From Callorhinchus milii (lineage: Eukaryota), in contig NW_024704743.1 in NCBI RefSeq assembly GCF_018977255.1, positions 88,290,001 through 88,354,000 of the forward strand: 64,000 nucleotides of DNA, in the 5' to 3' direction. The notes under the pieces were generated by a model. That model did not search any database, was not told where the DNA came from, and was given only the letters and a program-made list of their open reading frames with translations. Every line of letters starts with the position of its first letter. The first letter of the stretch is position 1. A program made the position numbers and the translations under genes. Below, piece after piece: positions 1 to 10,222 of this stretch.

Positions 1-180
1 GCCAGCAAAAGGGTATTGACCCCCTTTCTAATTTTAAACACGTCGAAAAAAAAGAGATTAGATTTTCAGGATGGAGTTTAATAATAACGATTCTATAAAT
101 GATATCAATTATTAGATGCATTCAAATGATGATGGATGATATTTAATTCCTTTTGTTTTGTTACAGCATCTATTAACATC

Positions 181-247
181 CAGCACCTTGAGACATCCTC
201 CCGACGTGAAAGGTGCTATACAAATGTAGTTTGTTGTTGTTGTTGTT
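181..247 (+). mobile_element. L2 LINE 3' terminus (tail type A)
   Basis: CAGCACCTTGAGACATCCTCCCGACGTGAAAGGTGCT followed by (TTG)n; matches the 3' end of the long L2 at 9998. Confidence 0.85.
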
Positions 248-1266
248 AGAAATGCTATCTCACTAAAAGGCCCCAAAACAAGGCAGTGTAGAGGATCATG
301 GAAATCAAGAAGTTAATAGTGGCACAAACATATTTCAAAATGTTGGCCTTTATTCGCCAGCTAAATACTTTCTGTAACCTACCCAATTCTAGCCCCCTAC
401 CCAACAGCTGAAACATTGACTTTTACCGAAGTTTGTCTGGGTGTTGTTCATGTTGGGATTTCACCTTTCCGATCATTTGTAGCTGCTGAAAGCTGAGGCA
501 TGTTGTATTTTTACATTAAAGACGTTCTCATAGAATTTATTGGCTTGTGGATTACAGAACATAAATTTCAGAATTTTCTCCTCATTCTTTTCCTGAAGTA
601 GGCAATACATGCTGAGATGGCTGATTGGTACTTCAGTGCAGACAAGTGGCTTTTCTGCATGTGTGAAGCTTTACAGTGAGGGTCACCAGACTATTCAAGT
701 GCAAACGCCATCCGCCAAACGCAACTCAGTGTTGACCCAGCATTTACATCAGAGCACCTTCAGCAGGTGTTGCCAGACAGATAGCAGGAAAGGCACATTG
801 TTAACTTCCCCTCTCTCAACTGAAGCACTTTTCTATAGTGAAGTGCTTTTGGAGTCCTGATTAAATGTGACTGCAACTTAAATACTAAACTGAGATGGAA
901 TATAGTTGATATGATAAATTTAAAACAGTCTGACCTTCAACATGTGATTTTCAAGAAGGTATTGGAAACAAAAAACAACAACTTCCAAAGCATCACCAGT
1001 GCTCGGTTCACACTGCAGCAGTTCAAAGAGCAGTTTCATCTTTTCTACGGTAAGGAGGAGGGGAGTCAGGCATGGCCTATCACTCCATACAAGCTTACAC
1101 CTCTCAGGGGTTGGGTAGTGTCCTGTGTAATGGGAGTCACACATGCAAACTCACCCAGGGTGCAGCCTAGGCCTCTCGGAGTATCACATTTAAATAGAGT
1201 TCTAAGACAAAAAAAAATGAATTTTCACCTGAAAGACAATTTTGATTTAAAATTTAACAAAAGGAT

Positions 1267-1655
1267 TAAATAATTCTTCTGTTTGATATTGCGTCTTTCA
1301 TCTCGTGAGAATGTCTTAAAGTGGTTCAAAGGTGTGGGTGTATTTTGAAGGCAAACATGGCACCAATTTGCACACGGCAATGTTCTACAAACAGTTATGA
1401 CCAATTTTATCTAGGGGATTGTTGGCCAGGATACTGGGAGAAACTCTCTTCATTTCTCTTGACAAGTAGTGCCATAGGATCTTTAACACAAACCAGAACA
1501 AGGGGACAGGATCTTGGTTTAACATCTTATCTGAATAATGGTGCTCCCCAACATAACATAGTAAGATTAGATAATATGAGTTAAAAGTTCCAAACAGAAC
1601 TTGAACCTACAACCTTGTGACTCAGACGCAAGAGTGGTACCAGCTGAGACAAACC
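1267..1655 (-). mobile_element. DeuSINE (SacSINE1/AmnSINE-like), near full length, old
   Basis: tRNA-like head (revcomp of CTTGAACCTACAACCTTGTGACTCAGA), Deu-domain-like segment (GGATCTTTAAC...TTGGTTTAACATCTTATCTGAA), SINE/L2-type tail. Confidence 0.75.
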
Positions 1656-2071
1656 TTTGCGTGGAATTTTGAAAACATCCTAACTTCTGATTTAACTTGG
1701 AAGTTGTTTTCCATGGCTTGTAATAGCAACAAGAAAGAATTTCCAAACTAATGTTTCCAGAATCTTGCGCAATATAGAGTTTTAAGGAAAAATAATCTTA
1801 TGGGTTCAGTGGAATTTTGAGTCTGTGGATGTGGTTAAGTAAAAAAAAATGGTTCATTGAAAGGCAGAAACATGTTAGCAGCTAGCATAACAGGTTACGT
1901 GCCACACCAAATATAAGAATGGAACTGAAATCTCTGACTAGGGCTTAATTTTGTAATTCAGTAAATTCATTTAAGATACTCACTAAAACCTTCAAAATCT
2001 ACCTCGTCTTAGCCTTGAGACAATTTTTTTAAATTTTAGATTGTGCAAAATTGTGGAAAATTCTTGAATTC

Positions 2072-2305
2072 AAGTTGTTAGTCGATTAGTGGATCGCTTT
2101 TACAAGGGTAATAAACCCTTCAAAAAAATAATAATTTGGTCCCTCAGTGCACGACTGTTTGTGGGACACTGCTGTGTGCAATTGGCTGCTGTGTTTCGTC
2201 CACAAAATATACAGTCACTGCACTTTACAGTATATTCTGTGAAGTGCTTTGACATGTCTTGAAGATGTGATAAGGTGAAATATCAAATGCAAGCATTATT
2301 ATTAT
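2072..2305 (+). mobile_element. tRNA-derived L2-tail SINE, long variant, 5' truncated
   Basis: Body matches copies at 19041 and 37341; ends TATCAAATGCAAGC(ATT)n. Confidence 0.85.
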
Positions 2306-3254
2306 GAATTTGCACTCTGATTTTTTCACTGATCTTGATTACAACCAGCTTTCAAATTAAGACTGAGTGAAAGAATTTCTCCACAATCTGGCGCCATCTT
2401 AATGTTTTAAGACAAAACAATGTTCACTAGGGTTCCCCCAAGTTCTTATATTTGAGCTGCCACACAAGCTAGATGGTTCTCACGCATTTCATGGTACATT
2501 GCTATTTATGTTACCAAACTGATGACTGCAGCTGCCGCATAAATCAGCATTGTCCTAAAGTCAGTTTTTCAGACGTGGTAGTGAACAGGAACAAGATGAA
2601 TAAGTAGACATGATGAAGAGAGGCCTGACAGAACACACCTGAGTTCCATTCTGTTCTCTGTTATGATTAATAATGGGGCCAAGCTGCACTGATGTGATAA
2701 GGTCTCTGTTTCTTTGGAATTTATAGCTACCGGCAAATTTTCCCCTGGCCTTGATCAGCTGTTTCACACCTGGAGGTGGGGTACCAGTAATGCGTCTATT
2801 TATCTCTTCAGGTCCGAGTTTATAGGAGCCAGATGGCAGGTGGTGTAGGGGGGATGGGGTGGATGGAAGAGTGAGTGTGGTTGTGGTTGGGAGAGTAAGA
2901 GGAGAAACAGTGGAAGCTAAAGTGCAGAGAGATGAAAATGTCCACCTGCAGTGTGCTAATGCACCATCGAAACCTTCTGTCAATTGTCATAACCCTACTT
3001 GCTATTTGGCCATTTATAGTTAAACATGAATCTACAAAGAATCTCTCACTAAATTTTATGCTGTAAGTAGGCTATATATAGTGTAAAAGCAACACAAGAG
3101 ACAAAAGATATTCAGGTGTGGATTTTTTTTGGATCCTTACAAATTCAACAAAATGAATGGAAATTGGAACGATAATTAATTGTCTTTGTTCACCTTTTAA
3201 TCAATCTATTTTTAACCTGTAGAGAGCGTCATAAGAAGGCTATCATTTATAAAC

Positions 3255-3435
3255 ATTTAAATGTAGTGTTTAAGTCCCTCCATTCCTTGGCACCCCCCTA
3301 TCTCTCTAACCTCCTCTCTCCCCACAGCAGTACCTGCTGCCTTCTCTCTACTGGGTCCGGCTACTTCCGTGTCCCCTGAATCTTCCGCTCTGCCATCAGA
3401 GGCTATGCCTTCAGCCACTATGCCCTGAAACTTTT
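3255..3435 (+). mobile_element. L2 ORF2 C-terminal fragment, decayed
   Basis: Encodes KSLHSLAPPYLSNLL and AFSHYA, homologous to the C-terminus of the 720-aa ORF. Confidence 0.75.
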
Positions 3436-3984
3436 CCTCTTGGAATGTTCATCTGTATCAGAGGTTTTTTGTACACATGTAAGATTCTCAAGCATATGAA
3501 CTGATGCCCCAACTGTTACTCAATGCAATGTAGCTGCTTTCATTACATTTTGCACATTTGTTCTAATCTATTTGCACTAATTTAGTCTGGTGAACAGCAG
3601 ACAGACATAAACATTTTATTTTTCTTGCCACATGAGTCATCTTATATCACAGCTATCAAACCCAAGTAAAATAATGTTGCCCAAATTTAAATCAGTATTC
3701 CTATGAGGCTTTTGTCTGCCAGCCTTTGTGTTGTAAGGTCCTCCAGAAACATGGCCAGTGTTAGAGCACTGTTCAAGCTGTCAGTAAAAATCATAATCTT
3801 TGTCATATAAAAAGAATAAAAATATATTTATTATAAAGTAAAGAAGTATTCTGGAAAAAAAACTCATTTCTGAATCCCATGAAGCTGGATTATGTCCAAA
3901 GGAGCTTCCCAGCATCCAGCAGTAGATTGCTGGTGATCAACATCCAAGCAGAGTTCAGTTGGTGTCGGCGAGAATCCTTCTACA

Positions 3985-4460
3985 ATTTTTTTTCTTTAGG
4001 TCAACTGCGGAAACCCATCACCATGCTCAAAGGTATCCAAACTAAGATGAGATTTCCATGCATCCCACCTACACATAGAAATCACAGAGATAGATTGTTG
4101 GGATGCGCATTCTTTCCCTGGAGGGACACATCCTGCTTACCTAATTCCGGAAAGTATTAGGAGCAGTTTAGCAAGAGCCAAGGCTTGGGGACCCCAGGGT
4201 GTGCGTTGGGGTACTGCTGAAGTCTAAACAGCTAAAACCACATAGCTGGTCATCAATATTGATGTCTGGCAAGCTTTCCCACTTCCAGATCCTGCCGATG
4301 AGCCAGGCTGGCTATGCTCTCATCCGCAGTCACCTGGAATACTGCGGACCCGACTGGCTCAGGAATCGGACTACAGATGGTTGACTCAATTCCGACATTC
4401 TGTTGCCAAGCATGCCACCTTGGAACCAGTTGAGCTCCAAAGTGACATGCTTGCTATCCT
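3985..4460 (-). mobile_element. Family X: unidentified A-tailed retroposon, probable LINE 3' UTR (copy a)
   Basis: Shared blocks GAAACCCATCACC, GTATCCAAACT, CCTGCTTACCTAATTC, CCAAGGCTTGGGGACCCC and GATGAGCCAGG with other copies; T-run at left end. Confidence 0.75.
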
Positions 4461-5521
4461 TCTACAAATTCAGCAATGACTCCCAATATTATTAATTTAC
4501 AGTGATTGAAATGCCTAAAATAGTATTGTTTTCACATAATGGAATTAACACTTTCAGATCTTCCTCCGTTTAAGTTTAGGAATGATAATTTTATATCTTG
4601 TGGTTGTGCATTTTGCAAACCATGCTGAAGGAGAACAGGAGTTCTGGCCTAAATGCCCGATAGTGACACTGTACAAAAACTGCTCAGGCTAGTGGTTTTA
4701 TAATCAGCAAAGAATAGGTTAAACTGGAATGGACCAGATAGCTGCCCAAGGATGGGGAACAAGACAGGAAAGAGTAACTGAATAACAAGTTCATATTAGG
4801 ACAGTTAAAGAGGCCGAGTTAGGGATATGAGAGACAGCTAGAAGGGGGTGGTATTAGAGTGGTAGGTACAAAACTTAATTACAGCATTGTGATTGGAGCA
4901 TTATACCTATAATGGAATGTGTGCCAAGTTTTCTTTGTTCGAACCACAAGAGTGTGCCGACTGTAACCTGTTTGCGGTGCGGTAATAAAGAAGAACATTT
5001 GAAATCTACCTGAAGTCTTAAGATTATTTTACACACATAAAGACGGTTTGAGAAGTAACCCAACACATGCCCAGACTCTTCTTTCCCCCCACACATCTAG
5101 TAGTGGATATGTGCAACTCACTCTGAGCAAAAGCTGGTCATGCTGTGTCAATTCATATGTTGAAAAAGTAAGTGAATAAATAAATAGCCTGAATGTTAGA
5201 GGGATAAATGTAAACTGAAATGATTAAACAATCAGCAAGATATATTGGTTCCTGTGTCACTAGGGTTGGGAGAAGGGAGTCTCATCTCTGGAGGGCAACC
5301 AGCCATCTAGGAATCATAGGTCCTAATAGATATGTAGATATACTGAAGTTCTGATTTAGTACCATTGGGATGAGGAAGATTGATATAGATCATTCTGTCA
5401 GGAGTGGATTGTTTTTGGTGGAGTCCAGGCTGGGGAACACTGTACAAGATCTGTGCAAGAAGTGGCTTTGATGAACTGAACGCTTTTTTATTGTTCCATG
5501 CTTTCTTAAGTTCTTACGCTT

Positions 5522-5841
5522 ATAATAATAATAATAATAATCCTTGCATTTGATATAGCGCTTTTCACGTCGGGAGGACGTCCCAAAGAGCTTCACAGAA
5601 CACACTGTGAAGTGAATTGACTGTATATTTGTGGGCGAACGCGGCAACCAATTGCGCACAGCAATGTCCCACAAACAGTCGTAGATTGAACATGACCAAT
5701 TTATTATTGTTTTTGGTTTTGGAGGGATTATTATTAGGCGTGTGGAGTAAGGAAACTTGCCCAAGGTTTCGCCCTGCCTGGAATTGAACTCAGGTCTCTC
5801 ACTTGCAAAGCGAGTGCTCTAACCACTGAGCTACAGGACTC
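5522..5841 (-). mobile_element. tRNA(Ala-like)-derived SINE with L2 tail, full length, short variant
   Basis: Sense head GAGTCCTGTAGCTCAGTGGTTAGAGC (A box) and GAGTTCAATTCC (B box); 3' GGGACGTCCTCCCGACGTGAAAAGCGCT plus (ATT)n. Confidence 0.92.
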
Positions 5842-6501
5842 ACATTCACATTTATTCTCTCTTTCGATATAATTCATTCTGGAGGAACTTCCCTCTCTCT
5901 GACCCCCAGGCATACTTGTGAATTGCTCCATGATTGCTGGTGTTACCGTGCACAGTTGTCACTCAGCGTTCACAGGGCCAGCTGAATGACAATGTACAGT
6001 TGGTACTCCATTATTGGCAGCAGAAGCCATGGTATCAGGTGCAGCTGGCAGCTGCTGGTCAGTAGTTGCAGCAGTTGTCACTGTATTTGGCAGTTCAAGC
6101 AGTTGGCATTGTAAATTTGGCAACAGGAACTGTATCACCAGATGTGCGGAAGAGAAATGCCAGATGCTATTGGAACTTCACCATCACAAGCGACAAATGG
6201 GGATTTGTGGTTTCCTCTCCAGTATGACTGGTATATACTTGTAAATTCCAAGCATACACTCCAATGTGTATTTCCCATGACCAAGTTTTAGACAAATAAG
6301 CTTGTTAGGTTTTATCGTAAAATTGATTTTTTTTCAAGTACAGAAATTGTTCCAACCCAAGTCAACTTTTCAAAGATGAAAGAGCAGTATCCAGACTCAT
6401 ATGTTTGCTTGTCACATTTCTAAAACAATCAAAAACAAATCAGGTCAGTGCTGAGGCAATATAAACCTGTGACTGGTCACCAACAAACTGCAAAACAAGA
6501 T

Positions 6502-6835
6502 TCATAAAATCATATATTTACAGTGCAGAAGGGGGCCATTTGGCCCATTAAGACTAATCTATTGCTAGCTCACATACTGGAGCTAACTACAATCCAAAAT
6601 CCTTGCTCATTCCTCATTCTGTTTTATATTCCTCTTCAAATATGTATCCAATTCCTTTGACATGTTGTTGTGGTCCCAGCTTCAATAGTCATTTATAATA
6701 AAAAATCTGTATTCCGACAACCCTCTGTATGAAAAACTTTTTTCTCACATTCCCCCATTACTTCAAGTGACATTCTTGAATTTATGCCCCCTTGTTACTG
6801 ATTTACTAAACAGCGAGAATAAGCATTCACTACAC
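6502..6835 (-). mobile_element. CR1 LINE 3' end, decayed
   Basis: ACAGTGCAGAAGGGGGCCATTTGGCCCAT and CAACCCTCTGTATGAAAAA; homologous to the CR1 at 47998. Confidence 0.75.
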
Positions 6836-7000
6836 ATTACAACTTATGATAAGCACACTAATTGTTAATTTGATAGATTCATGCAGATTTTTCAATGTAA
6901 ATTTCTTTCAGTATTTTTAGAGGCAAATAATATTGTCTTCAAGTCTAAAATAACATCGCAAAAGAAAAATATGGAACTGAGACATGTAAACCTAGAAAGA

Positions 7001-7300
7001 TCACAAGCAGTGCAAAGCTTGCCAGACAATGGCAAACTCGACAGTTTTAGCTGGTTAGACTCCAGCGGTGTCCCAAAGCACACTCTGGGGCACCCAAGTC
7101 TTGGCTCTTGCCAACCTGTGCCTAATACTCTCCTGAATTAGGTAAGTAGGATGCGTCTCTCCAGGGAGAGAGTGTGCGTTCCAATAAATTCCAATAAATA
7201 TCTTGGGAATTTTCATGTGTAGGTGGTATTCATGGAACTCTAAGTTTTGTTCGGATGGTGATGGGTTTCTGCATGCATCAGACACTCGGCTGACCAAAAA
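7001..7300 (+). mobile_element. Family X copy b
   Basis: Ends GGTGATGGGTTTCTGCATGCATCAGACACTCGGCTGACCAAAAA. Confidence 0.75.
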
Positions 7301-7467
7301 GAGAAAGTCTCAGGTTCAATTTTCACTAGCTTTTGTTTGTCCTATTTTATTTACAAAATGGGATAAGAAATGAGGTGGATGGGGGCGGTATTTGTGGTAA
7401 TCGATAATGAGAATAATCAACTGTGCTATACTGAAGGTGCTATATAAATATAATTTGTATTATTTAT

Positions 7468-7880
7468 CTTTTTGGTTAGCTGGGTGCCTGACTCATACGG
7501 AAACCTATCACCATGCTTAAGAGTATCCAAACCAAACTGAGATTTGCAAGCATCCCACCTTCAAATGGAAATTCCAGAACTAGATTGTTGGAATGGAATA
7601 TGCTCTCTCTCCCTAGAGGATGCATCCTGCTCACCTAAAGCATCAAGTACAAGTTGGCAAGAGTCAAGGCTTGGGGACCCCAAAGTGTGTCTAAACAGCT
7701 AAAATTGTTAGCACTCCTGGAAGCTTTCCCGCTGCTTGTGAGCTAGGACCACTCTACTCATTTGGGCTTTGGCTTTCAGGGTTAACAGAAATTAAGTCAG
7801 AGGATTCCCTGCCTCCAATGACTAGTCTGCCCTTCCAACTGCTTCTGATGAGCCAGGCCGACAGTGCTGTCACCTGCTTC
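7468..7880 (-). mobile_element. Family X copy c
   Basis: Reverse complement aligns by eye with copy b over about 300 bp and continues into the 3' arm of the X stem-loop. Confidence 0.75.
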
Positions 7881-8262
7881 CTGGTGGGCAAACACAGCTC
7901 AGCATGAAATGTTTGAGAGCATTGCCACTATCTCCCTGTCCGCAACTCGGTCACACATCCCTTCCCATTGAGCGCTGGTTCCATGAGTTGCAAGTGTGGA
8001 GTTTCAGCAGCAGCTGCTTGTTTCTCTGCAGACCGATCAAGGTGGATTCCAGGCACTGAATATAAGAGCGTGTGATCACAAACTCAGATACCAGCAGCTG
8101 TTGCCACAAGCCTCAGAGTTTCCTCATCAGCTATCTGGCAGACATCTGCCTTCAGTGTGGTGGGAGGACCCTTACAGTACAGCTTGTGATGTGCTACCCA
8201 CCTTGATGTTCTCAAGGACCACGACCAATGCCGAGTACCAGGCTTACTCAGTACCAGCTGCT
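7870..8262 (-). pseudogene. Decayed non-LTR retrotransposon ORF2 C-terminus with CCHC zinc knuckle
   Basis: One frame reads KQLLLKLHTCNSWNQRSMGRDV*PSCGQGDSGNALKHFMLSC; the stop TGA at 7953-7951 sits where the first Cys is expected. Confidence 0.55.
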
Positions 8263-8269
8263 TAATGCA

Positions 8270-8702
8270 GATTCTCATGCAAGGGGCCTTGGCAAATAGA
8301 TGTGCAAATCGACTTCAAGATCCTCACATATTCAAATCCATTCACTCCCTGGCACCTCCTTACCTCTCTGGCCTCCTCGCTCTCCAATCCACTGCACGGC
8401 GCCTCCACTGGACTGGCACTGGTCTCCTGCTTGTCCCTCGCACCCTCTACCCCACCATCGGAGGTCATGCTTTCAGCCACTATGCCCCAAAACTCCGGAA
8501 CACTCTCCCTCAATCCCTCCACCTTGCCCCCTCTCTCCCCTCTTTCACGTCCTGCCTGAAGGCTTTCCCCTTTCACCTTGCTTATGGCCACCTCCCCACT
8601 CCCCACCAGCTCGGACTCAGGCTCGGCCACTGCTAAGGGCTCTGAGAATCTACCCTGAGTGGAGGGAACTATATAAGTACAAGTTGTTATTGTTGTTGTT
8701 GT
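8270..8702 (+). mobile_element. L2 3' fragment (tail type B)
   Basis: IDFKILT, FKSIHSLAPPYLS and IGGHAFSHYAPKL; tail GAGGGAACTATATAAGTACAAG(TTG)n. Confidence 0.88.
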
Positions 8703-9654
8703 GACCGCTGTGAAGCCGCCTACACCTCCAGGGTACTTAACGACAGGTCAGTGTAGACTGGAGCCCTCCCTCCAGCGGCTTTCAGTGTTTGCCACAAATC
8801 CATCTCACGATAGTAATAATCACATAAAAGATTATGAAACGGCCTGTTTTATAATGTTATAACAGTGGAAGATATCATGTTACCCAGACCTGTGCTCCTC
8901 TTTCACCCACTCCTCTAATTCATAGTCCTGCAACGGTCAACAACTGAATATATGTGGACTCCAAATGTCTTAAAACCTCATTTGCTGTTTTATGTTTCCA
9001 GACATGGAAAACTGTGGACTCAGCACAGACAATGTTTAGTATTGTTTTCCCTTCCCCCCACCATTTGCCCAGGGGAAATCAGAGTCTATGTGCTAGTAAG
9101 GAAACTTGGTATTGTATTTATTTTTCACAAACAACAGGAACACATTTAATGTAAGTAAAATCTACACACTAAACATAAGAGCAATTGCTTAAAAGAACAG
9201 CACGGGAATTGTTAGATGTATTTGCTTTTAAAGCTCTGGATACTGAATGTTCTTTGCAGACTTCAGTAAGTGCAGATGTGTTCTGTAATGTGACATCTGT
9301 AAAAAGGATTTTCTATGTATTCCTTGTACTGACGAGCATGAGAAAGAATTTGAAAAACGTATGGAATGGCAGACAATTTTTTTCATTCTTTGCCAGTTTT
9401 CTTCCATTTTCTCCTTCTCTGTGGGTTCCAACTTCTCTGAGATACAGTTTGACACTGATCACTGACCATTGGGTACTCTGCCTATTCTTCCTGTGTGAGC
9501 TTGCACAGTGAGTATTGACAGTCTGTTCATACACCAGCAAGATTGCATGCACTTGCTAGCTGGCGTCTGTGGACAGTGATCAGGATCATGGACTCTGAGG
9601 GTGTTACTCTAACAACTGGTCAATCGCCCACCAAGCCTGCTCCACCACGGTACT

Positions 9655-9845
9655 ACACACTTCACCACTCCCAACCCCTCTTCCCTGCCTTACTGATAGA
9701 CCCTTTAATTTTCTACAACCTAAGTATTTATCTATCTCCTTGAATCCCTCAATCGATTTCTCTTCAATGGCTTTGTGGAGTAGTGACTTCCAAATCTTAT
9801 CGTTCCCTACAAGAACAAATTCATTACGGCCACAGTTTAATCAGT
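9655..9845 (-). mobile_element. CR1-like 3' fragment, old
   Basis: GCCCACCAAGCCTGCTCCACCA...TATCTATCTCCTTGAAT...TTCCAAAT pattern typical of antisense CR1 3' ends. Confidence 0.5.
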
Positions 9846-10088
9846 TTTGCCTTTTTTTAAGGACATGTTCTACAAAGAGTTTAAAGGCTGCTCTAGGCAT
9901 TTAAATGATAACCATATGTTGGTGAGAACACGGGGAATGGATCTACAAACATTTATGTTGCTGGTGCAGTTTGATCTGATCTGCACATTTTTTTATAAAC
10001 AACAACAACAACAAGATTCCATTTATAAAGCGCCTTTCACGTCAGGAGGACGTCCCAAGGCGCTGCACAGTTGGGTCATGACCCGAGC

Positions 10089-10222
10089 AGGGGGGAAATG
10101 GTCAGGGTGAGGGGAGGGAAGGGAGGGAGCGAGGAGGGGGGAAATGGTCAGGATGAGGGGAGGGAAGGGAGGGAGCGAGGAGGGGGGAAATGGTCAGGGT
10201 GAGGGGAGGGAGGGAGCGAGAA
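10089..10222. repeat. 46-bp G-rich tandem repeat, about 3 copies, in the L2 3' UTR
   Basis: AAATGGTCAGG recurs at 10096, 10142 and 10188. Confidence 0.9.

Noticed and set aside
2561..2983. 140-aa ORF on the minus strand
   Set aside because: Non-ATG start, low-complexity T/P stretch, no recognisable domain or splice context
4770..5035. Possible solo LTR (AATAAA followed by ...TTACA)
   Set aside because: No definable 5' TG boundary, TSD or second copy in the window
5860..6250. Possible Gypsy pol tail or exon with CAGCTG/CAGTTG clusters
   Set aside because: Frames are interrupted and motif similarity is too weak to support a call
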